Positions 9,943 to 19,816 of a stretch of 64,000 nucleotides of DNA are shown in pieces. The position numbers and the translations under genes are program-made. Location of the stretch: UHGV virus genome UHGV-0218015; one strand, written 5' to 3'. Below the pieces are notes generated by a model that saw only the letters and a list, made by a program, of their open reading frames with translations, had not been told where the DNA came from and ran no database searches. Source of the DNA: a virus. Numbering within the stretch: the stretch's first letter is position 1; every line of letters begins with the position of its first letter.

Positions 9943-11310
9943 GTGGAACATAAACTAGAATATTACGGGATTTCAGGGCGACTAATTAGTCACGATAAAA
10001 TGCTACGTGACTGTATACAAGAAGCGGAGGAAAAAGGCTACAAACCCCCGATTATTATCAATGACGTTGCTGCAACGATGGATACCATCGAAGCGTCAGA
10101 GATGATTAACCAAATACTTCAAAACCGAATCGTTGATGAAACACTCAACTCGGCTCCTATTTGCAGTCTGACCTGCGAATCACCTATTACCCATCGTTAT
10201 AATCTTGGGTTACGTTGCCCACATTGTGGTCATGTTGTTTCTGAACATCGGATTACGTCCGAAGTTTGGCTACGTGCACCCGATGAGATAGGTAACTTTA
10301 TCAATCCACGTTTTTGGTCTCTCTTTAATGCTTTCTTTGGCTCTAAGCTGAAAAAATTTAATCGTAACAAAGTGACGGTAGAGCGTGGTTCTGATTTGCT
10401 GCTATGGCTAATCGATCCGTACTACCATCCAGAAAAGGACGAAGGAACACGTGCTCGTGTGGTGAAAAGAATACTTGGTGAATACAGGTTCGAACGGGGA
10501 ATTCGAAACTTTATCGACCACCATCGAACCGTCTTTAATATCCTTACGTCCCCAGAAGCCTGGAAGGAGATTTATCCACCGACGAAAAACAACCGTTATG
10601 AGAGTGAACGCGTACGCTTAGAATGGCGTGAGTTCTTTCAGGAACAATCGTTCTCATTCTTTCCAAGACACCTTCCGATTATTTCATCGAAACTGATCGT
10701 TACAGAGGAGCGCCGACAAGGTATCTTTATCGATCCCGTTTACACCAGTGCCATCGATGCAGTAAAAAATGTGGCGTTGTTGTACACGAATGCACGTCGT
10801 ATCGAACCACGATTTATTATTCGTCGTGCGATCAAAGCGAATCGACAACTTGCGTATTTCTATATTGACCATCGTCAGGAAGTGATGGAAGGTAAACCTG
10901 GGTTCTATCGGGCAAAACTCGGGTCAACGCACGTACCGTGGGGCGGACGTGTGACTATCTCTCCTATCTCTGAACCTCACGATGCGTTGAAAGTTATTGC
11001 GCCTTGGCGTTGGTTAGTTCCTTTGGCGAGTGTTCACATTGAGAACAAGTTAGGTCGACGTGACTACACACCTCGACAGTGTGAACGAATTATTGCATTC
11101 GCGGCAATGCAGTATGTACCGTTGGTGCATGAAATTATTAATGAGCTGATTAAAGAATCCCCCGGCGGATTCGGTTTAATGTTGGAAGTTCTACGTAACC
11201 CAACATTGGTTCAGCTTTCTATTCAGACGTTGTTTATCTCAGCGGTACTGACAGATGTAACACAATGTTCTCTGCGTATTTCTGATCGCGTCATCAAAGC
11301 ACCTAATGCT
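9943..11310 (+). CDS. RNA polymerase beta-prime-like subunit, N-terminal part, exon 1
   Basis: GTG start with RBS; Zn-ribbon C..C...CPHCGH; GKPGFYRAKLGSTHVPWGGRVTISP and RNPTLVQLSIQ resemble bacterial beta-prime [23 protein letters not shown] and RAPTLHRLGIQ (from memory); coding sense ends at ...VIKAPNA. Confidence 0.7.
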
Positions 11311-11660
11311 AAATACTGGCCCACTAGACGGGAAACCTCTAGTGCGTATCCCTCGAATTGCTGGGAACTCCTAAAGCTTACGATCCCGACAGGGTGGCGA
11401 AAGTCAGAAACAATTCGTAAGATAGCCTATGCTAACCAATAATGCTAAGGGTTGAGATAATGGATAACCAGCAGCGATGAAAATCGTTCAACGACTATCG
11501 AAAGGGTAAAACCGAGTAGAGTAGCTGCTTAGTTTAGCGGCGAAGTGAGGGAGACCTACGGGTAGCAATACCTACGGTTATGATATAGTCTGTGCCCATG
11601 TGAAAGCATGGGAGGGTGTCATTGCACACCTGCTCCAAAAGGAACGGAGTGGACAAACAG
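11311..11660 (+). ncRNA. group I self-splicing intron (ORF-less, T4 td-like IA2 type)
   Basis: 350 nt between NA and DFDGD codons; U at -1, G at last position; core-like elements AATTGCTGGGAAC (P), GTTCAACGACTAT (R, 11486-11498), GATATAGTC (S, 11582-11590) with GACTA/TAGTC P7 pairing; P9-like hairpin cccatg tgaaag catggg. Confidence 0.7.
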
Positions 11661-11900
11661 GATTTCGATGGCGATCAGTTACAATGCAGATTGGCAATCG
11701 ACCAGATTGAAATGGAACTGGGCATGGCTTATCGTCCAGACAACGGGTTTATGTCAAGCACGAATGTGGATGAGGTTTCGAGCTGCATGATTCTCCATAA
11801 CGAGAACATCAGCAACATAAACCGTTTCTTCCAGGATACTGAAGAGGACCTGGAGGCCGGTATCGCGCTTGACTCGGAAATATTAAAAATGGCGGGGTAA
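11661..11900 (+). CDS. RNA polymerase beta-prime-like subunit, N-terminal part, exon 2
   Basis: begins DFDGDQL...FMSSTN (cf. NADFDGDQM...MMSTNN); frame open to stop at 11900. Confidence 0.65.
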   Translation, partial: DFDGDQLQCRLAIDQIEMELGMAYRPDNGFMSSTNVDEVSSCMILHNENISNINRFFQDTEEDLEAGIALDSEILKMAG

Positions 11901-11906
11901 TGAAAC

Positions 11907-12494
11907 ATGGGCATGTGGAACTTAGGCGGAACCATCTGGACGCGACAAACTGAAAATAGTGGGATGTATCGCTATTTCAGAGACAATTTCGATATTAACG
12001 CCTTTGCTCCTGACATGATCGAAAGCGTTAAACGAAAATGTAATGAGTTAATTTCATTAGAGCGTTTCCGTGAGATGTATGCAGCCGCACGCAAAGTACA
12101 GCACAGCGATGCGACTGACGTTGTACGACAATTGGAGAAGATAGGACAATTCCAGTTTGCAAACGCAACCTTACAGCCGTTGCTAATGGCAATGCCGGAA
12201 TATCGACAATTGTACAATAACAACATGGCGACCGGTTATGAAAACGGGTATTCGAAAATCGATAACTTCCGTGGTTCGGCGTATATGCATACGGACGATA
12301 ACTTCCGCGAAGTAACGTCGGGTATGTCCAACGAGTACGATGAAGATCGTATTTGGAACTGGGTATCCAACGAAGATCGATCCAACAAACTCACTCGTGT
12401 AGAGCAAGTTGACATGCAAATCAACTGGGCACGTATGCGGAATTTTGATTGGGAAGACGAAGATCCGTGTTCTGAACTCGGCGCTTCGTGTTAA
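11907..12494 (+). CDS. hypothetical protein (195 aa)
   Basis: ORF followed by hairpin terminator; no nuclease motifs seen. Confidence 0.5.
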   Translation: MGMWNLGGTIWTRQTENSGMYRYFRDNFDINAFAPDMIESVKRKCNELISLERFREMYAAARKVQHSDATDVVRQLEKIGQFQFANATLQPLLMAMPEYRQLYNNNMATGYENGYSKIDNFRGSAYMHTDDNFREVTSGMSNEYDEDRIWNWVSNEDRSNKLTRVEQVDMQINWARMRNFDWEDEDPCSELGASC

Positions 12495-12500
12495 TCGAAA

Positions 12501-12535
12501 AGAAGGGGATTGGGCACCCCCTTCTTTTTTCTTAT
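12501..12535 (+). terminator. intrinsic terminator
   Basis: gaagggg...cccccttc hairpin followed by T-run. Confidence 0.55.
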
Positions 12536-12571
12536 TTACAGCAGCAGCTATCAATGTGATAGGAGTAGTAA

Positions 12572-12955
12572 ATGGCGATTGCAGTAGGCACGGTTTCTAC
12601 ACGCGGCTGGGCAAAAACGCCCCGCGAACGTATTCGTGAGATGATGAATCATTACACGGAAGCAGGGTATAGCCAATCGCAAATTTATCAAGGTAATGTC
12701 CGGTCACTTGCGAAAGCGAAGCAAATGTTTGCTCAAGATCCCGACGGCTTAGCCAATCGGGTGAAAACAGACTTAACTGCGCTTTACGAACATATTTTTC
12801 CTGAAGGGGTTGAAGTAGAGACAACCTGGGAATATTTACCGGATACCGATGTACGCTATCGTATCATTATCCAAGCTCGCGTTATGTCGGGCGGCGTGTG
12901 GTATGATGTGGAACGATATGTTGAAACTGAAACATCAGTTATTGAGGATGAGTAA
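12572..12955 (+). CDS. hypothetical protein (127 aa)
   Basis: ORF with RBS. Confidence 0.5.
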   Translation: MAIAVGTVSTRGWAKTPRERIREMMNHYTEAGYSQSQIYQGNVRSLAKAKQMFAQDPDGLANRVKTDLTALYEHIFPEGVEVETTWEYLPDTDVRYRIIIQARVMSGGVWYDVERYVETETSVIEDE

Positions 12956-12957
12956 GG

Positions 12958-13626
12958 ATGGATCAAGAACCGGGAAAATTTAATGGGGTGCCCATTGAAG
13001 AACTTTCTGGCCGTGCTAAGTTTGAGTTTGAGAAACTTCTTGAAATGGAAGAGATGCTTAAACAGGGCCAGGGTGTGTGCAGCGTGTTTACTGAATCGAT
13101 GTTCCGTCGACAAGGTTTACCGCTGTTGTCGGGGATGCTGGACGGTACGTTTAACGAAGATACCTGGACGGATTATGTAGGGAACGCTTTCGTTCCGTTA
13201 CAGATTGTTTCGGATTCGGATAATTCAAAACTGCTCTTTACGATCCCGCCTCTGCTTAATACCGGTCGGTCACTTCAACATGTTGACGGTCAGCCATCGC
13301 TCACCGAAGAAACAGAGATGATTCGCCAGCAAGCCGATATCATTTCCGAGGTCGGTGAACGGCAGATGTATCAGATGATCGATTATACGCTGGATGGTAT
13401 CGAACAGTTATCGTACGAAGAAAATGCACTTCGTGCAAAACAGGTTATCGATCTGTTAAACTGGATCTTCCGTCGTTATAACGTATCAGGGCAATTACCT
13501 TATCCTGAAGGACTTGAAGAATTGTGCAACCGTATCCAAGGACGAAAGAAACCTGCAACGGCGGCACAACCTGAACAGTCCTCCCCTGCTAAGGGAAGAA
13601 GAATCATCGATGAAGAGGATTACTAA
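12958..13626 (+). CDS. hypothetical protein (222 aa)
   Basis: ORF; start 2 nt after upstream stop. Confidence 0.5.
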   Translation: MDQEPGKFNGVPIEELSGRAKFEFEKLLEMEEMLKQGQGVCSVFTESMFRRQGLPLLSGMLDGTFNEDTWTDYVGNAFVPLQIVSDSDNSKLLFTIPPLLNTGRSLQHVDGQPSLTEETEMIRQQADIISEVGERQMYQMIDYTLDGIEQLSYEENALRAKQVIDLLNWIFRRYNVSGQLPYPEGLEELCNRIQGRKKPATAAQPEQSSPAKGRRIIDEEDY

Positions 13627-14758
13627 TCCGCCACCGAAACCAGTTGGCGTCAAACGCATTTTCTCAACGGGCGATGTACATTTACTGCACCGTCGTGTAC
13701 CGACGTGGCATATTGTTAACGTGCTCAAGGAAACCTTAGAACGGTTCGATAATACGATTGACGCTATTTATATAGCTGGCGATTTATTTGATGATTCCCG
13801 GCATTTGCGGCAAGAAGATTCTCAAGAAGCCATAGGGTTTTTAACCTGGTTATTGCTCTGGGCCAAACAGACGAATACCGCTATTCGTGTCTTGGAAGGA
13901 ACACCCTCCCACGATCATAAACAATCGAAAATCGTTGAAGAGTTAAATCAGGCGGTGGGTGCAGATTGTTTGTATCTGGATAAGATTGGGGTGTTTTACG
14001 ACGAGGCGTTAGGAGCGACTATCGGTTGGGTCCAGGACGAGTATAAAGCCCTGGGTTCAGAGTCTATTGATGCTGCCGCAACAGAACAGGAAATGGCTGA
14101 ATTATTAGCCACGCGCGGTATACAGCAGATGGATTTCTGCTTTATGCATGGCTGCTTTCAGTTCCAAGTTCCCGTTGAGTCTACCCGCTTTTTCCATACA
14201 GATTTTTGGGAACCGTTAGTCAAGCATTTGATTATCATCCACCACGATCATCGTAGGAAACAATTGGGTAAGATTCGTGTACCAGGCAGCCCCGATCGCC
14301 TGGCAATGGGTGAAGAAGAGGACAAAGGCTTTGCTATTGTCGATTTCACTCCTGATTTAGCCAGAGATTATTTCTTGGTTAATGAACGCGCTTGCCCGCA
14401 GGTTAAAATTGCTGCGGAGGAGGACTACGAATCGCAGTACGCGAAATGTCTCTCTGCGCTTGAGTATATTGATACTCATCCGTCCTCGGTAATAGGACGA
14501 TTGGAAATTGAATATTATCCCGATTCTCCATTGGCGGAAGCCATTACTCGGTGGAAATCGCAATATTCATTCCATATTTCAGGTACGCGTATACGTACGC
14601 CTGAAGAGGAGCAAATTCTCGCAGCCGGTTTTGCTATCGACGCAGAGGTCGAGGAAACCATCTCTGAAGAGAATGTTGAAGCGATTTTGTTAGAAGCATT
14701 AGTGCCGTTTAAATACGATGCACAAATTGTCACTGACATTATCAGGAGCATCAAATGA
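13610..14758 (+). CDS. SbcD/Mre11-like calcineurin-type phosphoesterase (putative recombination nuclease)
   Basis: motifs STGDVHL, IAGDLFDD, GTPSHDH, IIIHHDH in canonical order; start at ATG 13610 with AAGGGA RBS (ORF open from 13514). Confidence 0.5.
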   Translation: MKRITNPPPKPVGVKRIFSTGDVHLLHRRVPTWHIVNVLKETLERFDNTIDAIYIAGDLFDDSRHLRQEDSQEAIGFLTWLLLWAKQTNTAIRVLEGTPSHDHKQSKIVEELNQAVGADCLYLDKIGVFYDEALGATIGWVQDEYKALGSESIDAAATEQEMAELLATRGIQQMDFCFMHGCFQFQVPVESTRFFHTDFWEPLVKHLIIIHHDHRRKQLGKIRVPGSPDRLAMGEEEDKGFAIVDFTPDLARDYFLVNERACPQVKIAAEEDYESQYAKCLSALEYIDTHPSSVIGRLEIEYYPDSPLAEAITRWKSQYSFHISGTRIRTPEEEQILAAGFAIDAEVEETISEENVEAILLEALVPFKYDAQIVTDIIRSIK

Positions 14759-15591
14759 CCCCAATCAGTGTTGATCGCACGTTTGGGTTTTATCAAATGT
14801 CAATTGCTACATCGTTGGCTTTTGAAGGGCTTCTCCATGAAGGAGAATATGCCGATTGGAAGGGTCCTGTCCCTATCCACAAGTATCAGGATATTTACCT
14901 GAATCTACGGACGTTGTTCCGTAACGCGTTTTACGCGTTTGAAACGAATCGTGAACGATTAACACCTGAAGTGTTGCTGGCATCGATTGAAGAAGATATT
15001 GCTTCTATTAACGCTACCGCGAAAGCGGTAGCGCCTTCGGTGCTATGTGTCCCCTATATCTGTACGTATAAAAGTGCGAACAGAATCTTTCCCGAAGCAG
15101 CGTTCCGTACGATCGCAGGCGGGCAGGAAAAGATGACACCTAACCAGCATCACTTTAATGCGTTAGAACACGATACGTTAAAGTTATACGGTGAAAAATA
15201 CCCTGAGCAATTCAAAAGCTTTGATGTGTTTCCGAAAGGACAGCACGACACGTTGATTTTAACCCATTACCCTGCCGATCTGCTGGCCTACAAAGATTTC
15301 CCGCTGTTGAATTTGTTAGAATCACACACGGGGAAAATTAAAGGTCGGTTAGAATGGTACACGAAGCTTTACGGTAAACCCGAACAGATCCCGTTTAACA
15401 AAGCGTTCCTAACGCTATTTGGTGATGGGTATATGTTCTCCCCACTTGACAGAAAGGTTCGTAAGGTGGTGTTGAAGACTGCCGAGAAATACCACTGGCG
15501 ACAAGATACGACCATGGATCGTATTTACAGTTGCTTGAAGTTGGTTAACGAACCCTTTGTCATTGAGTTCCTTCGTAGATTGTCTCGCTAA
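14755..15591 (+). CDS. hypothetical protein (278 aa)
   Basis: ATGA overlap with upstream nuclease gene, AGGAG RBS. Confidence 0.5.
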   Translation: MTPISVDRTFGFYQMSIATSLAFEGLLHEGEYADWKGPVPIHKYQDIYLNLRTLFRNAFYAFETNRERLTPEVLLASIEEDIASINATAKAVAPSVLCVPYICTYKSANRIFPEAAFRTIAGGQEKMTPNQHHFNALEHDTLKLYGEKYPEQFKSFDVFPKGQHDTLILTHYPADLLAYKDFPLLNLLESHTGKIKGRLEWYTKLYGKPEQIPFNKAFLTLFGDGYMFSPLDRKVRKVVLKTAEKYHWRQDTTMDRIYSCLKLVNEPFVIEFLRRLSR

Positions 15592-15649
15592 TTTTACAGA
15601 TCGTTTTGTTAGTTTGAGCACTCCGAAAATGTAAAAATAGGATAAGTAA

Positions 15650-16294
15650 ATGGTCAATAAAAACTTCCTTAAAGAGAAATGGCTTTACCCGCAGACTGAG
15701 CCGGATCAACAGGGCCGTACCCGTAAACTGGGCATTGAATTGAACGAATTCAATGGTGATGTGGAACTGATGAAATTCCACTACTCCTTTGGTAAAGGCG
15801 AAGGTCTTTATTTCACCGCAGGCTATACTGTTTGCGTTGATATCTTTGAAACCCTGCGTACGGTGATGCAGAAACCCGAAAAAGTCGTTTTCAAATGGGA
15901 AGATGCAAAAGGTAAGAAGGCACCGGTTAGCTTACACGTAGGTCGTGATGAAAACCTGACACCGTTCTTTGCACTGAGCGGCGAGATCCCAGGGGTTGGT
16001 GCGCGCCAGAAGAAATTCTATTTCACTTATCCGAAAGGTTATCGTGTTTTCCGTAATGGACAACTGGTCTCCGATCTGGAACTGGCAGAGCGTCAGCTAC
16101 GCGCGTTCCTGAAAAATGCGGATGTATTCCTGGAAGATTTCCGTGACAACTATAAACCGCGTGAGTTTAATAACGCAGGTGGTGGTAGTTACGGTCGCGG
16201 TGGTTACAATAACGGCGGCAATGGCGGCGGTTATAACAACCAGTCTGGTGCAAAAGCCCCAACACCAACTAACGATTTTGACGATATTATTTAA
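15650..16294 (+). CDS. putative ssDNA-binding-like protein with SSB-type C-terminal tail
   Basis: Gly/Tyr/Asn-rich linker GGGSYGRGGYNNGGNGGGYNNQSG followed by acidic tip NDFDDII, resembling E. coli SSB MDFDDDIPF tip (from memory); N-terminal domain unassigned. Confidence 0.4.
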   Translation: MVNKNFLKEKWLYPQTEPDQQGRTRKLGIELNEFNGDVELMKFHYSFGKGEGLYFTAGYTVCVDIFETLRTVMQKPEKVVFKWEDAKGKKAPVSLHVGRDENLTPFFALSGEIPGVGARQKKFYFTYPKGYRVFRNGQLVSDLELAERQLRAFLKNADVFLEDFRDNYKPREFNNAGGGSYGRGGYNNGGNGGGYNNQSGAKAPTPTNDFDDII

Positions 16295-16313
16295 ATAACG
16301 TAAAACTATAACA

Positions 16314-16345
16314 TAGCCCCAGGATATCCTGGGGCTCTTTATCGT
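16314..16345 (+). terminator. hairpin terminator (weak T-run)
   Basis: agccccagga tatc ctggggct. Confidence 0.4.
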
Positions 16346-16427
16346 GTATGTGTGTAGAATACAGTCGAAGTTATCTGAGATAGATTTTATCTTAGTGCAC
16401 GACTATGCTATTCCTGGAGATTTTAAA

Positions 16428-18056
16428 ATGCGTATTGAAAAGAATCGTGACCGTTTAGTGATAAAATACGGTGAAAAGGAGGTCGCGTTTAATGGTTTCC
16501 GAAACGGACGTAAAGACGTGAATGTGCCAGACGTACGCGATAGTTTCGGACAGATCGTAACGCATGATAAAATCATGTTCATGGAAATCGATCGTTATTG
16601 GTCAACTTTAACGCCCGAAGAGAAAAGCGAACTGTTTTCAGTTTACGAAGAATTAGAGTTGTTAGCTAATGAACCCCCGGAAGTTATTCGTGAACACGTT
16701 CCCACACTCGTCGCGAGAATTGCTAAATTTCATCACGCAGATAGATTCCGCCAGCTTTATCCACACGGCTCGGTGTGGATTCCTCAAAACGTCCACGAAA
16801 CGTACGAAGAGATGTCGTCTAATTATCCAAAAGAGATGACGTATATTGTACAAGATTATTACGAACTGGTGATTTTGTCTTTGATGACAAAACCGTTTAT
16901 TCCCGTATTCTTGATTTTGGACGCTTTTCCTGCAACGCGTGCTTCTGTTGAGTCGAAGCGCAAAAGTGTTTATAACCTGACCTACTGCATGGAGCTATTG
17001 TCGGATACCGAGATTGCCACGCTGCCAGCCATTACAAAGTTGCGCGAGTTTTTAGTGTCGGTGATTTCGAAAGTTCAAGACGGGGGCAGTAAAGGACCCA
17101 ATACTGCAAATCTTACCGTCCTGGCATCTATCTGCGGCTACGGCACGGATATGGTAGAGGAATACATCGTAGCGTTCGCTGTTATCCGTTTAATTGCGAT
17201 GAAGTTAATCGGTGCCGAGCTACCACCGGGTACGATGGTTGAAAACAACATCGTGGCGGGAATGTATTTCAATATTCGACAAGAAATTGAAACGGGCTTC
17301 GCGGGAAAAATTTCCGGTCAAAACGTGATGCTAAAGGCGAATCCTGAGAAAATCATGTTCAACGGCGAGAAGGGGAAAACTTCGTCGATTGACTTGGTTC
17401 AAGCTCGGACTAAAGCACCGATGAAAGAATTCGTTCGTACCCAAGAATTCTTTAATGACTACCGTCGTGCGGTGCGTGCTTTGAATCTCGATATTGCTCC
17501 CGCAGATGTGAAAGTGCTGATAGATTCTATCAACATTAATCATCAGTATCCGTTCTACGAACTCTACGAATGGTTGGTGGCGGCAGTGATGCACCGATTT
17601 GCAGATCGTCGTACATACAAGGAAATCGACTCGGAAGCATTTAAGAACGCGATGGGTATATCCCAAGCCGTTTACATCTATTACGGAATGCCTGAGATTG
17701 CACAGCTGTTAAGTTGTGAGATGATCCGGGCACCACTAAACGGCGGGTATCCTATCGAACCAATCGATAATGAGATTAAAATAAAAACGGATAGATATTA
17801 TCCACAGGCATACCGTAAGCATCGTAATACTTACGAACAGTCAACGTTGAAGGATTCTCTCAGCTTGTTGGTTCGTGAGCATATTGCACCGTTCAACTTC
17901 AATCTCAGGGCAACACCGGAAGCAGCCAGAATGTTACGGTGTGGGACAGTGATGTTGGACTATTCGCCTCATCCGCGACTTCAGAACATGTTAGCAGAAT
18001 TTCTGTTAATTCAAAACAGAAAGAAATGTGAAGAAGTGGCATGGTTTAATCAATAA
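16428..18056 (+). CDS. hypothetical protein
   Basis: ORF 16344..18056; start moved to ATG 16428 with GGAG RBS. Confidence 0.5.
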   Translation: MRIEKNRDRLVIKYGEKEVAFNGFRNGRKDVNVPDVRDSFGQIVTHDKIMFMEIDRYWSTLTPEEKSELFSVYEELELLANEPPEVIREHVPTLVARIAKFHHADRFRQLYPHGSVWIPQNVHETYEEMSSNYPKEMTYIVQDYYELVILSLMTKPFIPVFLILDAFPATRASVESKRKSVYNLTYCMELLSDTEIATLPAITKLREFLVSVISKVQDGGSKGPNTANLTVLASICGYGTDMVEEYIVAFAVIRLIAMKLIGAELPPGTMVENNIVAGMYFNIRQEIETGFAGKISGQNVMLKANPEKIMFNGEKGKTSSIDLVQARTKAPMKEFVRTQEFFNDYRRAVRALNLDIAPADVKVLIDSININHQYPFYELYEWLVAAVMHRFADRRTYKEIDSEAFKNAMGISQAVYIYYGMPEIAQLLSCEMIRAPLNGGYPIEPIDNEIKIKTDRYYPQAYRKHRNTYEQSTLKDSLSLLVREHIAPFNFNLRATPEAARMLRCGTVMLDYSPHPRLQNMLAEFLLIQNRKKCEEVAWFNQ

Positions 18057-18086
18057 TTTTCGGCTTGACCTAAAGGAGTATTTACA

Positions 18087-19793
18087 ATGGCAATGAAACT
18101 TTTGAAACTGCAAATGTATCCGGTGTACGAAATCCCAGAGCAGATTCGTCGTCGTATCGGGTTCTTTGAATCGCAGCACGCTTTGGATGAGTTAGTGGAT
18201 GTGGTTGCAGAGCACGGTGATAAAGCAACAGGTTCTCGGGCTTATCAAGAAGCCCTGGGTCAGATTGTGGGCTTCGATAATACTCCAACCGGTATTGAAC
18301 GTCCATTCATTAACGTGAGCGATAATGAATCACAGCCAATCCACTTTGCGTATAACTCTCGTGATACGGGTGTGTATAACTTCGTGGCGATTATTGTTTC
18401 GAACTCGTTAAATGACACACGGACTCAAGAAACGCGTTATGTTGTTTCTGGGTATACATCTCAGGCAGAGCGGTCCATGTTTAATCACCTGCCGGATGAC
18501 ATGGTTCTGTATATCAACGAAATATACGGGTTACAATGTACGTATATCACCGATGCGTTTGGCGGGCGTCGTATCAACCCGGATTCTTTCCGTCTGATAG
18601 ACAACTATGTGTTGTCTAAGACACTAACTGCGGACAGCTATGTGGAGCACACCATCGACGTTATTTCTACCGCGAAAGCGGCTGATATGGTACGTAAAGT
18701 GGTGAAGGCAGGCGAACAGATTGAGCTGGATAATAACACGGTTATCTCCGCTAATTGCCAGCGTGCGCCACAGTTGATGTCTAGTCAATTAACCCGACCG
18801 GAATCTTTCGTGACGGCAATCTCCAATTCCTTTATTAACACCATGGGGATTGAAACGGAGCTGAGCGCAGTAGATAGTTTCTTCGCAGGAGATCATTCTC
18901 TTGGGGTAGAATCTGAACTTAGTCAGATCGGCGTGATGCGTAACTTCAATAGTTACGAATTGGTGAAGGCGTTTAGAACAGCCATATCCAACGCCACGTC
19001 AGATATGACTAGTGGTTGGAACGTTGCGAACCGTGCAGCATTTAAACTGTGTGACTTGCGTAATGCGGTGGTCAATCCCGAAGATGTGGATGCTGCAATT
19101 GCGCACTCGCTGGCTGTCGCGGCCCGTCGTGGTTTTGGTGAAATCGAACGCACCGATGATTGGGTAGGGCGTAATAACTATTCTACTCAGGGTTCATTAG
19201 TGGCGTTTGATTTAGCCATGTTACTGGGGCCTGTGGTCACCCGTAATCTTATCGGTGAAGTGACTTTCTTCTACGATAACCGTATGGCGGATATTGCAAC
19301 ACCTCCTCTGTTGCAAGTGTCAAAACACAACGTTGGGGCATTAACTGAAGACGGATTACCGGATGTATTAGCACGTCGCTTCTTAAGTGACTTACAAGGC
19401 GTATTCTTGCAAGTGACTAAGCATAACCGTATTCGTTGTAAGATGACTGTAACGTGTATCGTTGGGGTGGTTTCGCGTATTGAAATCGAAATCGATGGCG
19501 AGCTGCCTGAGTATTATACACATGCGTCGTTCATGAAAGCACGTCTGCATTGTGGTACAACAACTGACCTTCAGTACACGAACCAGTTAGCTGCAGAAAC
19601 AGCGCAGCTGATGAATAAAGTGGAAGAAGGGTACCAAGAATTCAACCGTGGTCAGAACCGTTCGAATATCCTGTCGAATATTCCAACTGCCCCTGTGTCT
19701 GCGCCTACGAGCCTGGGGAGTTTCGGTAGCTTTGGCGGTAGCGATATGTCAACGCCTGCGCCAGTGTCTGGCTTTGGTGCATTCGGCGAGTAA
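18087..19793 (+). CDS. hypothetical protein (568 aa) with FG-motif C-terminal tail
   Basis: C-terminus SLGSFGSFGGSDMSTPAPVSGFGAFGE. Confidence 0.55.
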   Translation: MAMKLLKLQMYPVYEIPEQIRRRIGFFESQHALDELVDVVAEHGDKATGSRAYQEALGQIVGFDNTPTGIERPFINVSDNESQPIHFAYNSRDTGVYNFVAIIVSNSLNDTRTQETRYVVSGYTSQAERSMFNHLPDDMVLYINEIYGLQCTYITDAFGGRRINPDSFRLIDNYVLSKTLTADSYVEHTIDVISTAKAADMVRKVVKAGEQIELDNNTVISANCQRAPQLMSSQLTRPESFVTAISNSFINTMGIETELSAVDSFFAGDHSLGVESELSQIGVMRNFNSYELVKAFRTAISNATSDMTSGWNVANRAAFKLCDLRNAVVNPEDVDAAIAHSLAVAARRGFGEIERTDDWVGRNNYSTQGSLVAFDLAMLLGPVVTRNLIGEVTFFYDNRMADIATPPLLQVSKHNVGALTEDGLPDVLARRFLSDLQGVFLQVTKHNRIRCKMTVTCIVGVVSRIEIEIDGELPEYYTHASFMKARLHCGTTTDLQYTNQLAAETAQLMNKVEEGYQEFNRGQNRSNILSNIPTAPVSAPTSLGSFGSFGGSDMSTPAPVSGFGAFGE

Positions 19794-19816
19794 AAAGATT
19801 AATCAAGGACTCTTAA

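Noticed and set aside
7993-9951. 652-codon ORF on the minus strand antisense to the 618-aa gene
   Set aside because: Codon-bias shadow of a highly expressed plus-strand gene; no RBS or start context, and the protein is low-complexity.
11311-11660. Intein or programmed frameshift as the cause of the beta-prime interruption
   Set aside because: The insert is out of frame with stops in all frames, so not an intein; 350 nt with group I core elements and a canonical U/G junction is not a frameshift.
11616-11900. 94-aa ORF as an independent small gene
   Set aside because: Its ATG lies inside the intron; the ORF begins with the RNAP DFDGDQ catalytic motif and is better explained as exon 2 of the beta-prime gene (11661..11900).
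11907-12494. Homing endonuclease associated with the intron
   Set aside because: Lies downstream of exon 2, outside the intron, and shows no GIY-YIG, HNH or LAGLIDADG motifs.
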